From Pristiophorus japonicus (lineage: Eukaryota): a stretch of DNA of 64,000 nucleotides. How positions within the stretch are numbered: position 1 is the first letter of the stretch; each line of letters begins with the position of its first letter. Location: contig NC_091977.1 in the NCBI RefSeq assembly GCF_044704955.1, forward strand, positions 304,916,001 through 304,980,000. Direction: 5' to 3'. The notes beneath the pieces are model-generated. The model had not been told where the DNA came from. It saw only the letters and a program-made list of their open reading frames with translations, and ran no database searches. The position numbers and the translations under genes were made by a program. This document shows positions 1 through 11,879 of the stretch, piece by piece.

Positions 1-450
1 ATACCGCTGTGAGTAGTTCTGGTTTGTTCCACTTTTTCCAGCGGTTTTTTGGACGAGCGATATTGTGGGCAATATGTGTGCGAGGTGGTGATAGTGATGC
101 TCTAGGTGTTAGCTTCGGCAAATGTGACCTTTATGACAAAATAAAGTGAGCGGTCGGTATTATTGAATCTCGGCGTTAATTCCATGTGGAAAGTAACGCT
201 GGGCGATATTATGGGCGTTGATTTCGCCCATTCTAATGATTCTGCCCCAAAAAAGTGGGCAGGCAGTATTATATTTTCCCACCGTTACGCACATGGGGAA
301 AGTAATGGTCAACGATAAATGTCCAAAAAATGAGCCTGAGTTTCCATTTTGTGGTTAAATGGGCGATATATAGGCTTTAGACGTCATTTCAGCGGTAAAA
401 TGGGCATTAAGTGAGCGGTATGCATGCAAAAAAAGTGGAAACTCTAGCCC
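1..450. mobile_element. End of a PIF/Harbinger-type DNA transposon or MITE (truncated by the window edge)
   Basis: Ends in AAAAAAGTGGAAACTCTAGCCC. Its reverse complement resembles the element end starting GGGCCAGACTTTTCACTTTTTTG at 14875. Confidence 0.6.
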
Positions 451-745
451 ATAGTCTCAGAATAAGGGGCTGCCTATTTAAAACTGAGATGAGGAATTTC
501 TTCTCTCAGAGGGTTGTAAATCTATGGAATTCCGTGCCCAAACAGATGTGGAGGCTGGGTCATTGAATATATTTAAAGCGGAGATTGGCAGGTTTTTGAG
601 CGATAAGGGAATAAAGGGCTATGGGGAGTGGGCAGGAAAGTGGAACTGAGTCCATGATCAGATCAGCCATGATCATCTTAAATGGCGGAGCAGGCTCGAG
701 GGGCCAAATGGCCAACTCCTGCCTAGTTCTTATGTTCTTATGTTC
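451..745 (+). mobile_element. CR1-clade LINE 3' fragment
   Basis: Encodes the end of ORF2 (FKTEMRxNFFSQRVVNLWNS-like), followed by the 3' UTR and a (TTCTTATG)n tail. Confidence 0.9.
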
Positions 746-1229
746 GTATCCTGTAATGCGTACTAATACTCATCCTAGGTCATTGCTCCCTTAACCCTAT
801 CGTTACTATCATTCATTCCATGAACCCTGATGGAACATAACTGCATGAGGTAGAGACTGCAACTGTCAATTAACACAATATATTCCTTCTGCAGTCAAAG
901 ACAGTGCACAATGCCAGGGATTGTCAGGGCACGGGGGGTGGGGATGTGGTGGGCGGAGAATGCCAACACCGTTCATTTAACAATATGTGATAAAGAAGCA
1001 AAATATCATTATTGGCTTCCACTCTGGCTTGTGGGATGTGGCAGTCTCTATGCCTTCAGTGGTTTGTGAGAATGTACACCTTTTCTTATTTAATATCTCT
1101 TCAACATTTACCACTTGCCTCATAAGATATCCAAAGATTAAGATAGAACATTGCTCAAGCAGATCAAAGTTAACAGTACTGATTTACCTCCAGAGGCTGC
1201 AAACTAGGAGACAGCAGAGAAATGTTTTT

Positions 1230-2445
1230 TAAAAATTCATTCATGTGATGTGGGAGTCGCTGGCAAGACCAGCATTTATTGCCCATCCTAATTGCCCTCG
1301 AGAAGGTGGTGGTGAGCCACCTTCTTGAACTGCTGCAATCCAAGTGGTGAAGGCACTTCATCAATGCTATTAGGTAGAAAGTTCCAGGCTTTTGTCCCAG
1401 CGACGATGAAGGAAAGGCGATATATGTAAGCATGTACTGCAACCATGCTGTGCTAGTGGTGGAGAGAATGGATGTTTAAGGTGGTGGATGGGCTGCCAAT
1501 CAAGTGGACTGCTTTGTCCTGGATGGTGTTGAGCTTCTTGAGTGTTGTGGAGCTGCACTCATCCAAGAAAGTGGAGAATATTCCAGCACACATCTGACTT
1601 GTGCTTTGTAGGTGGTGGAGAGCATTTGCGGAGTCAGGAGGTAAGACACTCGTTGCAGAATACCCAGCCTCAGACTTGCTCTCGTGGCCATGGTATTTAT
1701 GTGGTTCGTGCAGTTGAGTTTCTGGTCAATGGTGACCCCAGGATGTTGATGGTGGGGGTTTCAGCGATGAGAATAACATTGAATGTCAAGGAGTGATTGT
1801 TAGATTCTCGCTCGATGGAGCTAGTCATTGCCTGGCACTTGTGTGGTAAAATCTTACTTGCCACTTATCAGCCCAAGCCTGGATGTTGTCCAGGTCTTGC
1901 TGCATGCAGCCATGGACTACTTCATGAACTGAACACTGTGCAATCATCAGCGAACATTCCCACTTCTGATCTTATGATGGAGGAAAGTTATTGATGAAGT
2001 AGCTGAAGATAGTTGGGCCTAGGACGCTGCCCTAAGGAACTCCTGCAGCGATGGGCTGTGATGATTGGCCTCCAACAACCACAACTATCTTCCTTTGTGC
2101 TAGATATGACTCCAGCAACTGAGGTGTTTTCCCCTGATCCCCACTGTCTTCAGTTTTCCTAGGACTCTTTGATGCCACACTTGATCGAATGCTACCTTGA
2201 TGTCATTGCCATCTCCCCGCTGGAATTCAGCTCTTTTGTCCATATTTAGACCAAGGCTGTAATGTAGTCTGGAGCTGAGTAGTCCTGACGGAACCCCAAC
2301 TGAGCAGCAGTCAGCAGGTTATTGGTATGTAAGTGTCGCTTGATAACATTGTCAACGACCCCTTCCATGACTTTGCTAATGATTGAAAGTAGACTGCTGG
2401 GGCGGTAATTGGTCGGGATGGATTTGTCCTGCTTTTTGTGATGGT
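1230..2445 (-). mobile_element. CR1/Jockey-like LINE 3' portion (second family), degenerate RT
   Basis: Minus-strand peptides NYRPSSLLSIISKVMEGVV...QLGFRQDYSAPD and YKAQVRCVLEYSPLSWM; 3' end with AATAAA and an A-rich tail. Confidence 0.8.
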
Positions 2446-2644
2446 CATTGATAGAATTGAGGTGTTGCATTAATATTTTTTCTGTATTTGGTGTTGGTTA
2501 TATTTATAGTGAAATGCAGGAAAGACTCATAAAGTTGGATTGAAGGGAAGTAATCGGTAATATTAAGGACAATGGTGATAAGGTTTGCGAGCCCGTTGGC
2601 CAATTGGAAATGGGAGAAATGTTTTGCGTGAAGCATCAATGGAT

Positions 2645-2891
2645 AGAAACATAGAAACATCGAAAATAGGTGCAGGAGTAGGCCATTCGGCCCTTCTAGC
2701 CTGCACCACCATTCAATGAGTTCATGGCTGAACATGCAACTTCAGTACCCCATTCCTGCTTTCTCACCATACCCCTTGATTTCCCCTAGTAGTAAGGACT
2801 TCATCTAACTCCTTTTTGAATATATTTAGTGAATTGGCCTCAACAACTTCCTGTGGTAGAGAATTCCACAGGTTCACCACTCTCTGGGTGA
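2645..2891 (-). mobile_element. CR1 LINE 3' fragment
   Basis: (AAACATAG)n tail and conserved 3' UTR, matching the copy at 41370. Confidence 0.9.
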
Positions 2892-3400
2892 ACTGCCCTC
2901 TAAGAGCTTTGGCAGCTGGCGCATTGGTGGTTGATGTTGCTCCTCCTCCTCCTGCACTTCTTGCTGTCCAGGTAGTGGTAAAGGTTGGTCCCTCATTTTC
3001 GCAAAGTTATGCAGCGTACAGCAGATGACATGGTCTGGACTGTATTGCAAAGCTCCTTCTCCTTGACCAAGCCAGGCACAGACCTTCATGATTCGCTGCC
3101 TGTGGTCACAAGCAAAATGGACATTGAGGGATCCCTTTCTATTCAGACAGAAGCCAGACTGATGATGGGGAGCACACAAGGCAATGTGGGTGCAGTTTAT
3201 GGCACCTTGCACCCTGAGGAAGCCTACAATTTGGGTGAAACCAATCCATGACGAAAGACATGCAGGTGTTTCTCCTGGTATAGAGAACCTTGGTGACATC
3301 TCTGAGACAATGGCGGACTGCGAACTGGGAGATATCGCTGATGTCACCTCCTACAGCCTGAAATACAAAAGCATGGAGGGAGATGGGGAAACTGAAGGGT
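2892..3400 (-). pseudogene. Harbinger (HARBI1-like) DDE transposase remnant
   Basis: GFLRVQGAINCTHIAL...NRKGSLNVHFACDH and GALQYSP...CCTLHN motifs in ORF 2874..3347; internally deleted. Confidence 0.8.
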
Positions 3401-3736
3401 CATTACCATCCTGCTCTTCAAACTCATTGCCACACAGGCGTACCAACCACAGAAATATAATACACAGTGGGCAATTCTGATCTTCGGCGGTTGTGCAACA
3501 TGGGCAATAGTGAATCGGCAGCACATTTTACATCATGTTCAATTTCTTTTCCATTTACCACCTCAGACCAAATTCACCCCCCCTCCCCCCCAGTATCTTG
3601 CAATGCAAGCTGTGATTCCAACCAGCAATCTAATATTTGTTGCTTTTCTGACCAAAATGCCATTACCCCCAGCGGCTCAGAATAAGAGAATATGTCCCCC
3701 TCATAAATATTTGCAAGCACCAGCAAAGCTGCACAC

Positions 3737-3813
3737 ATAGAAACATAGAAAATAGGTGCAGGAGCAGGCCATTCAGCCCTTCTAGCCTGCACCGCCATTC
3801 AATGAGTTCATGG
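3737..3813 (-). mobile_element. CR1 3' tail fragment
   Basis: ACATAGAAACATAGAAAATAGGTGCAGGAG tail. Confidence 0.85.
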
Positions 3814-4084
3814 CAGAGGATGTGATTAGTCAATTTGAGGAGGTATCACCAGGTAAGTCACAGCACGCAGGTGGGAATGAGCAGCTGGTGGTGAGATGGG
3901 GCAGGTGATGTTGGAGGTAGTACCATGTAATGACGGCTGACACCGCAATCCAAGGTGCCTGTAGCTGTTGTGTTTTGGGCTCCAGAGACCCATATTATCA
4001 GGTGTGGATGTGGATGCCTGTGGTTACTCACAACCTGAAACATTTGTAACTGCAAGACGAAAGAACTTTGTAACAAATTAAATT

Positions 4085-4930
4085 TGTCTAAAAATAAATC
4101 CAAATAAAAATTATTCATAAATAAGTCAGAAATATTTTTTAATACAATACAAACAATACTAAAGAGCAAAAAACCCACACACACAAAACTTGTTCCCCCT
4201 TAAAAGTTCCATTGTTTATGCAGTGTCTTTTGCATCCATTCAAAATGGGCTTCAATGGCAACAAGCCAGGAAATTGTGCTCGGCTGTTATTTAAATACTT
4301 TCGCATCCACTCTGAGGCCTTAAAGAGCCTGAGGCACGAAAGGAAACATTTTGTACTCACATGTTGTACCTTGACTGAGATATGTTTATACATGAGAATG
4401 CAATGAGAGAGTTGTAAGTTTGTGTGAGGGCTCAATTGGCATGGCTGAGCAGTAACTGTGGAACAGAATAACTGGCAGCACCATGTGGCATGTGATCATT
4501 GGCTATCTGCCTGATACATGGTATTGTTGCCAACTTCCTTGAAGTATACCATCTTCTTCTGCATCTGTCCCCAGCTTCTGCAGATGCTGTGGACAGCATT
4601 GGGCCCGAGTGGTAAACTGCTATCCCCTGGGAAGAGTGCCCTGAACTGCCAAACAGACCAAACCTCCTTTAATGCAGCTTCCTGCAGCTGCAAGTCCAAT
4701 TTGCCAACAAACAAAGAGTGGGTTGATGCTATCCTTCTGAATCACTTGCCCACAGAACTCTTTTGTAATACAGTCACTTGTATTAAAATGTACACGCTCC
4801 TTAAAAGGGCTGACCAGATTTTGCACATTCCCAATTCGGCTCATTCACTGCACAAGGCCCAAGTTGTGCAGCCAGCTATGAGTAAATATTCATATGAGCT
4901 GGCCCTGCAAAACTGCAAGCAGTCTTCTCA
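4085..4930 (-). mobile_element. Possible ancient L1/Tx1-like LINE 3' fragment
   Basis: Weak motif LVCLAVQGTLP (compare Tx1 LAWLxVRxALP) and an AT-rich 3' end TTTATGAATAA; highly decayed. Confidence 0.35.
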
Positions 4931-4934
4931 GTGA

Positions 4935-5356
4935 GTATTCACTGGAGTTTAGAAGAATGAGAGGGGATCTCATAGAAACATTTCAAATTCTGACGGGATT
5001 GGACAGGTTAGATGCAGGAAGAATGTTCCCGATGTTGGGGAAGTCCAGAACCAGGGGTCACAGTCTAAGGATAAGGGGTAAGCCATTTAGGACCGAGATG
5101 AGGAGAAACTTCTTCACTCAGAGTTGTTAACCTGTGGAATTCTCTACCGCAGAGAGTTGTTAATGCCAGTTCGTTAGATATATTCAAGAGGAAGTTAGAT
5201 ATGGCCCTTACGGCTAAAGGGATCAATGGGTATGGAGAGAAAGCAGGAAAAGGGTACTGAGGTGAATGATCAGCCATGGTCTTATTGAATGGTGTGCAGG
5301 CTCGAAGGGCCGAATGGCCTACTCCTGCACCTATTTTCTATGTTTTTATGTTTCTG
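4935..5356 (+). mobile_element. CR1 LINE 3' fragment
   Basis: YSLEFRRMRGDLIETF...RTRGHSL...FRTEMRRNFFTQ, then 3' UTR and tail. Confidence 0.92.
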
Positions 5357-6589
5357 TGAGTGGTTAGCTGGTGTTGTCCCTGTAGTGAGGCAGAAAAGCC
5401 TATATTTAACCTGTAGTGGAAAACCAACCCTGAAATATGCACAAGTGCAGAGTACAGCCAGATGGAAAATCGTGGGAAGAATCAATGAAGTACAATTCAT
5501 ATCTAAGGCATGTTCACCCAATTTCTGAATCCCCATTGCACTCATTCTGTGCTTGTGCAGCCAGCACAGCTACTCTGGTACATCTTCAGAACCCTTTAAA
5601 GGCCATTGGGCGTAGAAATTCGACCTTGTTGCATCCGGTTTGCGGGCATAAAACGGGCGCAACGAGAGGCACTTTCGTGGACCAACGTCCTTTGCCACAA
5701 GGATGTGATAAGGATGTCCGATCTGATCTAAGGTAAGCAACCCAACATTCAGCTATGTAAAATGGAGGAGCTGCCTGTACTGGCAGCTTACCCAAATAAT
5801 GTAAGTCATGCTCGAGGCCCATCTGCAGTACTGATGGCACACCACTGGTTATGTGCCCGAAAATGGTCCAGAACCAACTTCTGCCCACCAAGTTTTTATG
5901 CACATTCCCAGCACAGAGCGCATATTCAGAAAGTCAATCGTTTATTAGATAAATGCTCTTTTTTAAGTCGCACAAATTAAAGCACGATTTCTGCAGTGAT
6001 GGAAAGCACACGAATTTGAGTCTTTTGCAGGCTTTGTTTTACAGTCACCTCCCGAACATTTAGCATTGAGAAGGTGTCACAAAAGCTGTAAACATCAAAG
6101 GAGTCCAAATCTACTGTGGCGGATCGTGATAAAATTACCCATGTCTTTTAACTGCTGAAAAGAGCACTTTAATCTTTAAAGATAACAGGCTGCTACAAAT
6201 AGCACTATCATGTGGATACATTTTTAAAACCTCATGTATATTAAAACTGTGTTCCACGCAAGATAAAATCAATCAGGTTTGACAGTGAGACAATATATAT
6301 CAGAGATCAAACTGATTTCTGGCCAATTAAAAATATTGATCATCGTAATCAAAGTTATGTTTCTTATAGAATGGGCATTTCAGAGACGGACAGATTATTT
6401 CAATGACATTAAAGAGAAAATTTACTTTTTGATGTTTTTTTTTAAACAGCCAATGTACAGTGAAGTGAGGTTATTGGTGCAATTCAAAGATTCAGGCAAC
6501 ACCAAGAGCAATGCCAGATAATCATGTAACTTACACCGTGCATCTCTGATTCTTGAAGCACTTTATCAGATATAATGGATTTGGTTCCA

Positions 6590-6672
6590 TAACATAAGAA
6601 CATAAGAAATAGGAGCAGGAGTAAGCCATTTGGCCTCCCGGGCCTGCTCCGCCATTCAATGAGATCATGGCT
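6590..6672 (-). mobile_element. CR1 3' tail fragment
   Basis: (ACATAAGA)n tail plus 3' UTR. Confidence 0.85.
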
Positions 6673-7089
6673 GTGGAGGTTTTATACGGAATGGAATCTG
6701 ATTCTAATCCTAATAATCTTGGCTGAATTGGAATGGTTAAAGAGTTTTGCTCTCCACAACTATTTCTCATGGAGTTAGATTTCAGCATATATTTATTTTT
6801 TAAATTCATAAACAAAGTTAAAACTGTGCACTTTCAGTCTTATTGTTCATACTCAGTACTCTATATTGCTCCCTATATTCAGCTGCTGCAGGTTATAGTC
6901 ATAGATGTGGGGAAATTCTCAACAAGTACCATGTTTAAGCTACATATTGTGTTCCATGGACGTGAATCTGGTGACTCAGCTTGAGGCACGGGTCCGTGAG
7001 CAGCAACTAGCCACTGATTCCTCAGTCAGGTGGCCATTCTTCATGTGCAAGCTGATACTGTGCGTTGACATAACAGCCACCTTCAGAGT

Positions 7090-8440
7090 CTCAAATCAGC
7101 ACTTAGCATTCAGCTGAACTTGCTGTCCCCCCCACCATCAGCTCTGACTGAATCACCTCAAGTTGTATTGTTGCTTCCTTTCCCTGCCTAAAACCATTAA
7201 CTACTTATCATCCTGATTTTAAGAAATGGCTCCAAACTCCTTTTCTCCACAACAAACTGTGGATCTCTCACCAACTCATCACTTACCCTCATCTCAGACT
7301 CAATATGCGGGGACATTTGTGTCCGAAATTGAGGCCAACTGCTAGTGGCCATTGCCTCCTCTGATATCCCTACAACCCGCTCCCCATTCCCCGAATTCCA
7401 GCTCCCCCATCTGCCCACCACCTAATCATGCTCTAACCCTTCCTGTACTCCAGAGTTTCTCCTCCTCAGCTCATTCACCTCATCTATGAAGCTCAACACC
7501 TGTTCCCTCCATTCCCTTCCAATCTAGCTCTTGACCACGTCTTCACTCCCATGTCTGCTGACATCATCAAGCTGCCTGTCTTCTCTGGAGGAACTGACCA
7601 CACCTCCTGCTAAGCCATCATTATCACTTTGTCACTCAAGAAACCCACCTTAATCCCCTCAACTCCAACCAGCACCAAAGCTCAAACCTCCCCTTTCTCT
7701 CCAAAGATCTGGAAGATGTTGTTGCATTGGAACTACACTCTCCCATCATACTTCATTTCAGTCACTCCATTTTGATTTCTACCAATCCCACATTGGTAAA
7801 AGTCACCAAACACTGAGCAATGCCCATGACTCACTATATTTCCTCATTCTCCTTGACCCTTCTGCTGCTTTTAGCACCATTGATCACTTCATCCTCTTCC
7901 AATGTCTCTCCCCTGGGTCCATCAATAGTTGGTCTTCTTCACTATCTACATGCTATACATTATCAACAATAATCGGAAGAATGGGTTCAGCTTAATATGC
8001 ATGCCAATGACACCCACCTCAATCTTAGTACCTCCTCCACTGACCCAAAGTTTGTTGCCACAATCTCAAATTGCTTGACTGATATCAAGAATTGGATGAG
8101 CAAATATGAGAAAAAACAAGGTCATTCTCTATAGCTCCCATCAGACCTCTTGCATCAACTCCATCAACCGCCTTATCTGTCTTCTCCAGCTGAGTCAAGA
8201 GGTATGGAACCTTGATATCCTGCTCAGCCCTGCTCTTCCCCTCCAGATCTAGTCCATTGCAAAACCAATTTTCTTCACCTCCACAACATTGCCCGTTTTC
8301 TCCTTTTCTTCGCTTCTACTACAGAAACTCTAATCTAGAGTGCTTTAATACCATTGAGCTTCAGGTGTCCCAACCTGTCAATTGCAAAATAATTATTCTT
8401 GTTTTCAAATCTTTTCATGGCCTGGTCCCTTCCTAAATTA
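7090..8440 (+). mobile_element. Old L2-clade LINE RT fragment
   Basis: Decayed motifs LKKPTL..P, SNLPFLSKxLE, LLDxSAAFxTIDH and a YADD-like ATGCATGCCAATGACACC. Confidence 0.75.
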
Positions 8441-8449
8441 CGTCCCTGC

Positions 8450-9019
8450 AGGAAATGGTAACATAGTGGTTAATGATTCAGAGATGTGAGTTAAAATCTC
8501 AGCACAACAGCTGGGGAATTTAAATTCAGTTAATTAAATAAATCTGGGACAAAAAGGTAGTATCAGTAATGATGATCATGAAGCTATTGGATTATTGTAA
8601 AAACCCATCTGGTTCACTAATGTCCTTTAGGGAAGGAAATCTGCTGTCCTTACCTGATCAAGTGACTCCAGACCCACAGCAATGTGGTTGACTCTTAACT
8701 GCCCTCTGAAATAGCCTAGCAAGCCACTCAGTTGGAAAAAATCGCTACGATAAGAGAATATGAAAAAAAAAGGATGGACCAGCTGGCATCAACCTCGGAA
8801 AGACAGACAGTTGTGCCTTTGTGGCAAAATTGAGAGAGCTATCCCACAGACTAGTCATAGTCATACTCACAGAATCATACCTTTCAACCAATATCCCCAA
8901 ATCCTACATCACCATCCTGAGGACACCTTCCATCATGTTATGTGGAACTATCACCATGCTAAATGGTATGTCCTGTCCCACCTGTAGGTCAGACCCACCA
9001 GGGGAGGCAGCACAGTGGT
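8450..9019 (+). mobile_element. SINE-like head joined to the 5' endonuclease part of a CR1/Jockey-like LINE
   Basis: Common elasmobranch repeat core GGTTCACTAATGTCCTTTAGGGAAGGAAATCTG, followed by VILTESYL and GYVLSH...GGSTVV (APE N-terminal motifs). Confidence 0.6.
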
Positions 9020-10607
9020 CGTGACCATCTTTAAAAAAGGAGATAAGTCTGACAGCAGCAACTACAAAGGAATCTCCCTGTTATCAGCCACTGGGAAAGT
9101 TGTCGCTAGAATCCTCCTCAACCATCTTCTCCCTGTGACTGAGGAGCTCCTCCCAGAGACACAGTGTGGATTTCATCCTCTTCGGGGTACAACGGACATG
9201 ATTTGTACTGTGCGACAGCTGCAAGAAAAATTCGGGGAACAGCACCAACCCTTATAAGGCCTTCTTTGACCTTACAAAGGCTTTTGACACTGTCAACCTC
9301 GAGGGACTATGGCGCGTCCTCCTCTGTTTCGGCTGCCCCCAAAAGTTCATCACCATACTCCGCTTGCTCCACAACAACATGTAAGCCATGACCAACGGAT
9401 GCATTGCAGACCCAATCCACGTCCGGACCGGGGTCAAGCAGGGCTGCGCCATCGCGCCAACCCTCTTCTCAATCTTCCTTGCTGCCATGCTCCACCTCAC
9501 ACTCAACAAGCTCCCCGCTGGAGTGGAACTAAACTACAGAACCAGTGGGAACCTGTTCAACCTCCGTCGTCTCCAGGCCAGATCCAAGACTGTTCCAACA
9601 TCTGTCGTCGAACTACAGTACAGGGATGACGCAACCACCTGCGCACATTCAGAGACTGAACTCCAAGTCATAGTCAACATCCAATAGCTTCACTGAGGCA
9701 TATGAAAGCATGGGCCTTACACTAAACATTCGTAAGACAAAGGTCCTCCAGCAGCCTGACCCCACCACACAGCAATACCCCCCCGTCATCAAAATCCACA
9801 GCATGGCCTTGGACAACATGGACCACTTTCCATTCCTTGGGAGCCTATTATCAACAAGGGCAAACATCGACAACGAGATTCAACACCGCCTCCAGTGCGC
9901 CAGCTTAGCCTTCGGCCGCCTGAGGAAAAGAATGTTCGAAGATCAGGCCGTCAAATCTGCCACTAAGCTCATGGTCTACAGGGCTGTAGTGATACCCGCC
10001 CTCCTGTATGGCTCAGAGACATGGACCATATACAGTAGACACCTCAAATCACTGGAGAAATACCACCAAAAATATCTCTGCAAGATCCTGCAAATCCCTT
10101 GGGAGGACAGACGCACCAACGTTAGCGTCCTCGACCAGGCCAAAATCCCCAGCATCAAAGCACTGACCACACTTGACCAGCTCCGCTGGACTGGCCACAT
10201 TGTTCACATGCCTGACACAAGACTCCCAAAGCAAGCGCTCTACTCGGAACTCCGACACGGCAAGCGAGCCCCAGGCGGGCAGAGGAAATGTTTCAAGGAC
10301 ACCCTCAAAGCCTCCTTGATAAAATGTAACATTCCCACTGACACCTGGGAGTCCCTGGCCAAAGACCGCCCTAAGTGGAGGAAGTGCATCCAGGAGGGCG
10401 CTGAGCACCTCGAGTCTCATCGCCGAGAGCATGCAGAAACCAAGCGCAGGCAGCGGAAGGAGCGTGCGGCAAACCTATCCCACCCACCCTTTCCTTCAAT
10501 GACTGTCTGTCCTACCTGTGACAGAGACTGTAATTCCCGTATTGGACTGTTCAGTCACCTGAGAACTCACTTTTAGAGTGGAAGCAAGTCTTCCTCGATT
10601 TTGAGGA
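9020..10607 (+). mobile_element. RTE-clade LINE, 5'-truncated (RT to C-terminal C2H2 finger)
   Basis: QCGF...DMI, DLTKAFDTV, GVKQGCAIAPTLF, LQYRDD, LLYGSETW and terminal CPTCDRDCNSRIGLFSHLRTH. Confidence 0.92.
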
Positions 10608-11580
10608 TGAATTCAGAGAGTTTATTCGGGATGGTTTCTTAGACCACTACATTGTGGAACCAACCAAGGAGCAGGCTATTTTAGATCTGGTAATCTGTAA
10701 TGAGACAGAATTAATTAATGATCTCGTAGTAAAGGATCCTCTAGGGAAGAGTGAGATGAGGAGAAATTTCTTCTCTGAGGGTTGTAAATCTGCAGAATTC
10801 ACTGCCTCAGAGAGCTGTGGAAGCTGGGACATTGAATAAATTTAAGACAGAAATAGACAGTTTCTTAAACAATAAGCAGATAAGGGGTTATGGGGAGCGG
10901 GCGGGGAAGTGGAGCTGAGTCCATGATCAGATCAGCCATGATCTTATTGAATGGCGGAGCAGGCTCGAGGGGCCGTATGGCCTAATCCTGTTCCGATTTC
11001 TTATGTTCTTATAACATGATAGAATTTCACGTTCAGTTTGAGGGTGAGAAACTTAGGTCTGAAACTAGTGTCTTAAACCTAAATAAAGGCAATTACAAAG
11101 GTATGAAGCCAAAGCTAGCTAAAGTGGACTGGGAAAATAGAGTAAAGGGTCAGACGGTAGATAAGCAGTGGCAGACATTTAAGGAGATATTTCATCTTTC
11201 TCAACAAAGATATATTCCATTGAGAAAGAAAGACTCTACAGGAAGGATGAACCATCCGTGGCTAACTAAGGAAGATCAAGATGGTATCAAATTGAAAGAA
11301 AAGGCATACAATGTTGCAAAGATTAGTGATAGGCTAGGAGATTGGGAACATTTTAGAAATCAATAAAGGATGACTAAAAAAATAATCAAGAGGGAAATAA
11401 AAAATAGATTGAGAGAGTAAACTAGCAAGAAATATAAAAACAGTCAGTAAGAACTTCTACAGCTGTATAAGAAGGAAGAGAGTATCTAAAATAAATGTTG
11501 GTCCCTGAGAGGATGAAACTGGAGAATTAATAATGGGAAACAAGGAAATGGCAGAGTCTTGAACAAATATTTTGTATACT
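10608..11580 (+). mobile_element. CR1 LINE endonuclease/linker fragment interrupted by a CR1 3' fragment (~10755-11010)
   Basis: VEPTKEQAILDLV...PLGKS resumes as NMIEF...LNLNKGNY after the insert, which ends in a TTCTTATG tail. Confidence 0.88.
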
Positions 11581-11840
11581 TAAGAACATAAGAAATAGGA
11601 GCAGGAGTTGGTCATTTAGCCCCTCAAGCCTGCTCCGCCATTCAATAAGATCATGGCTGATCTGATCTTTGCCTCCACTCCACTTCCCTGCCCGCTCCCC
11701 TTAACCCTTGACTCCCTTATCGTTCAAAAATCTGTCTATCTCCACCTTAAATATATTCAATGACTCAGCCTCCACAGCTCTCTGGGGTAGAGAATTCCAT
11801 AGATTCACAACCCTCTGAGAGAAGAAATTCCTCCTCATTC
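11581..11840 (-). mobile_element. CR1 3' fragment
   Basis: (AACATAAG)n tail, 3' UTR and end of ORF2. Confidence 0.9.
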
Positions 11841-11879
11841 TGAAATTATAACCCGTAGTTATAGATTCACCCACTTCTT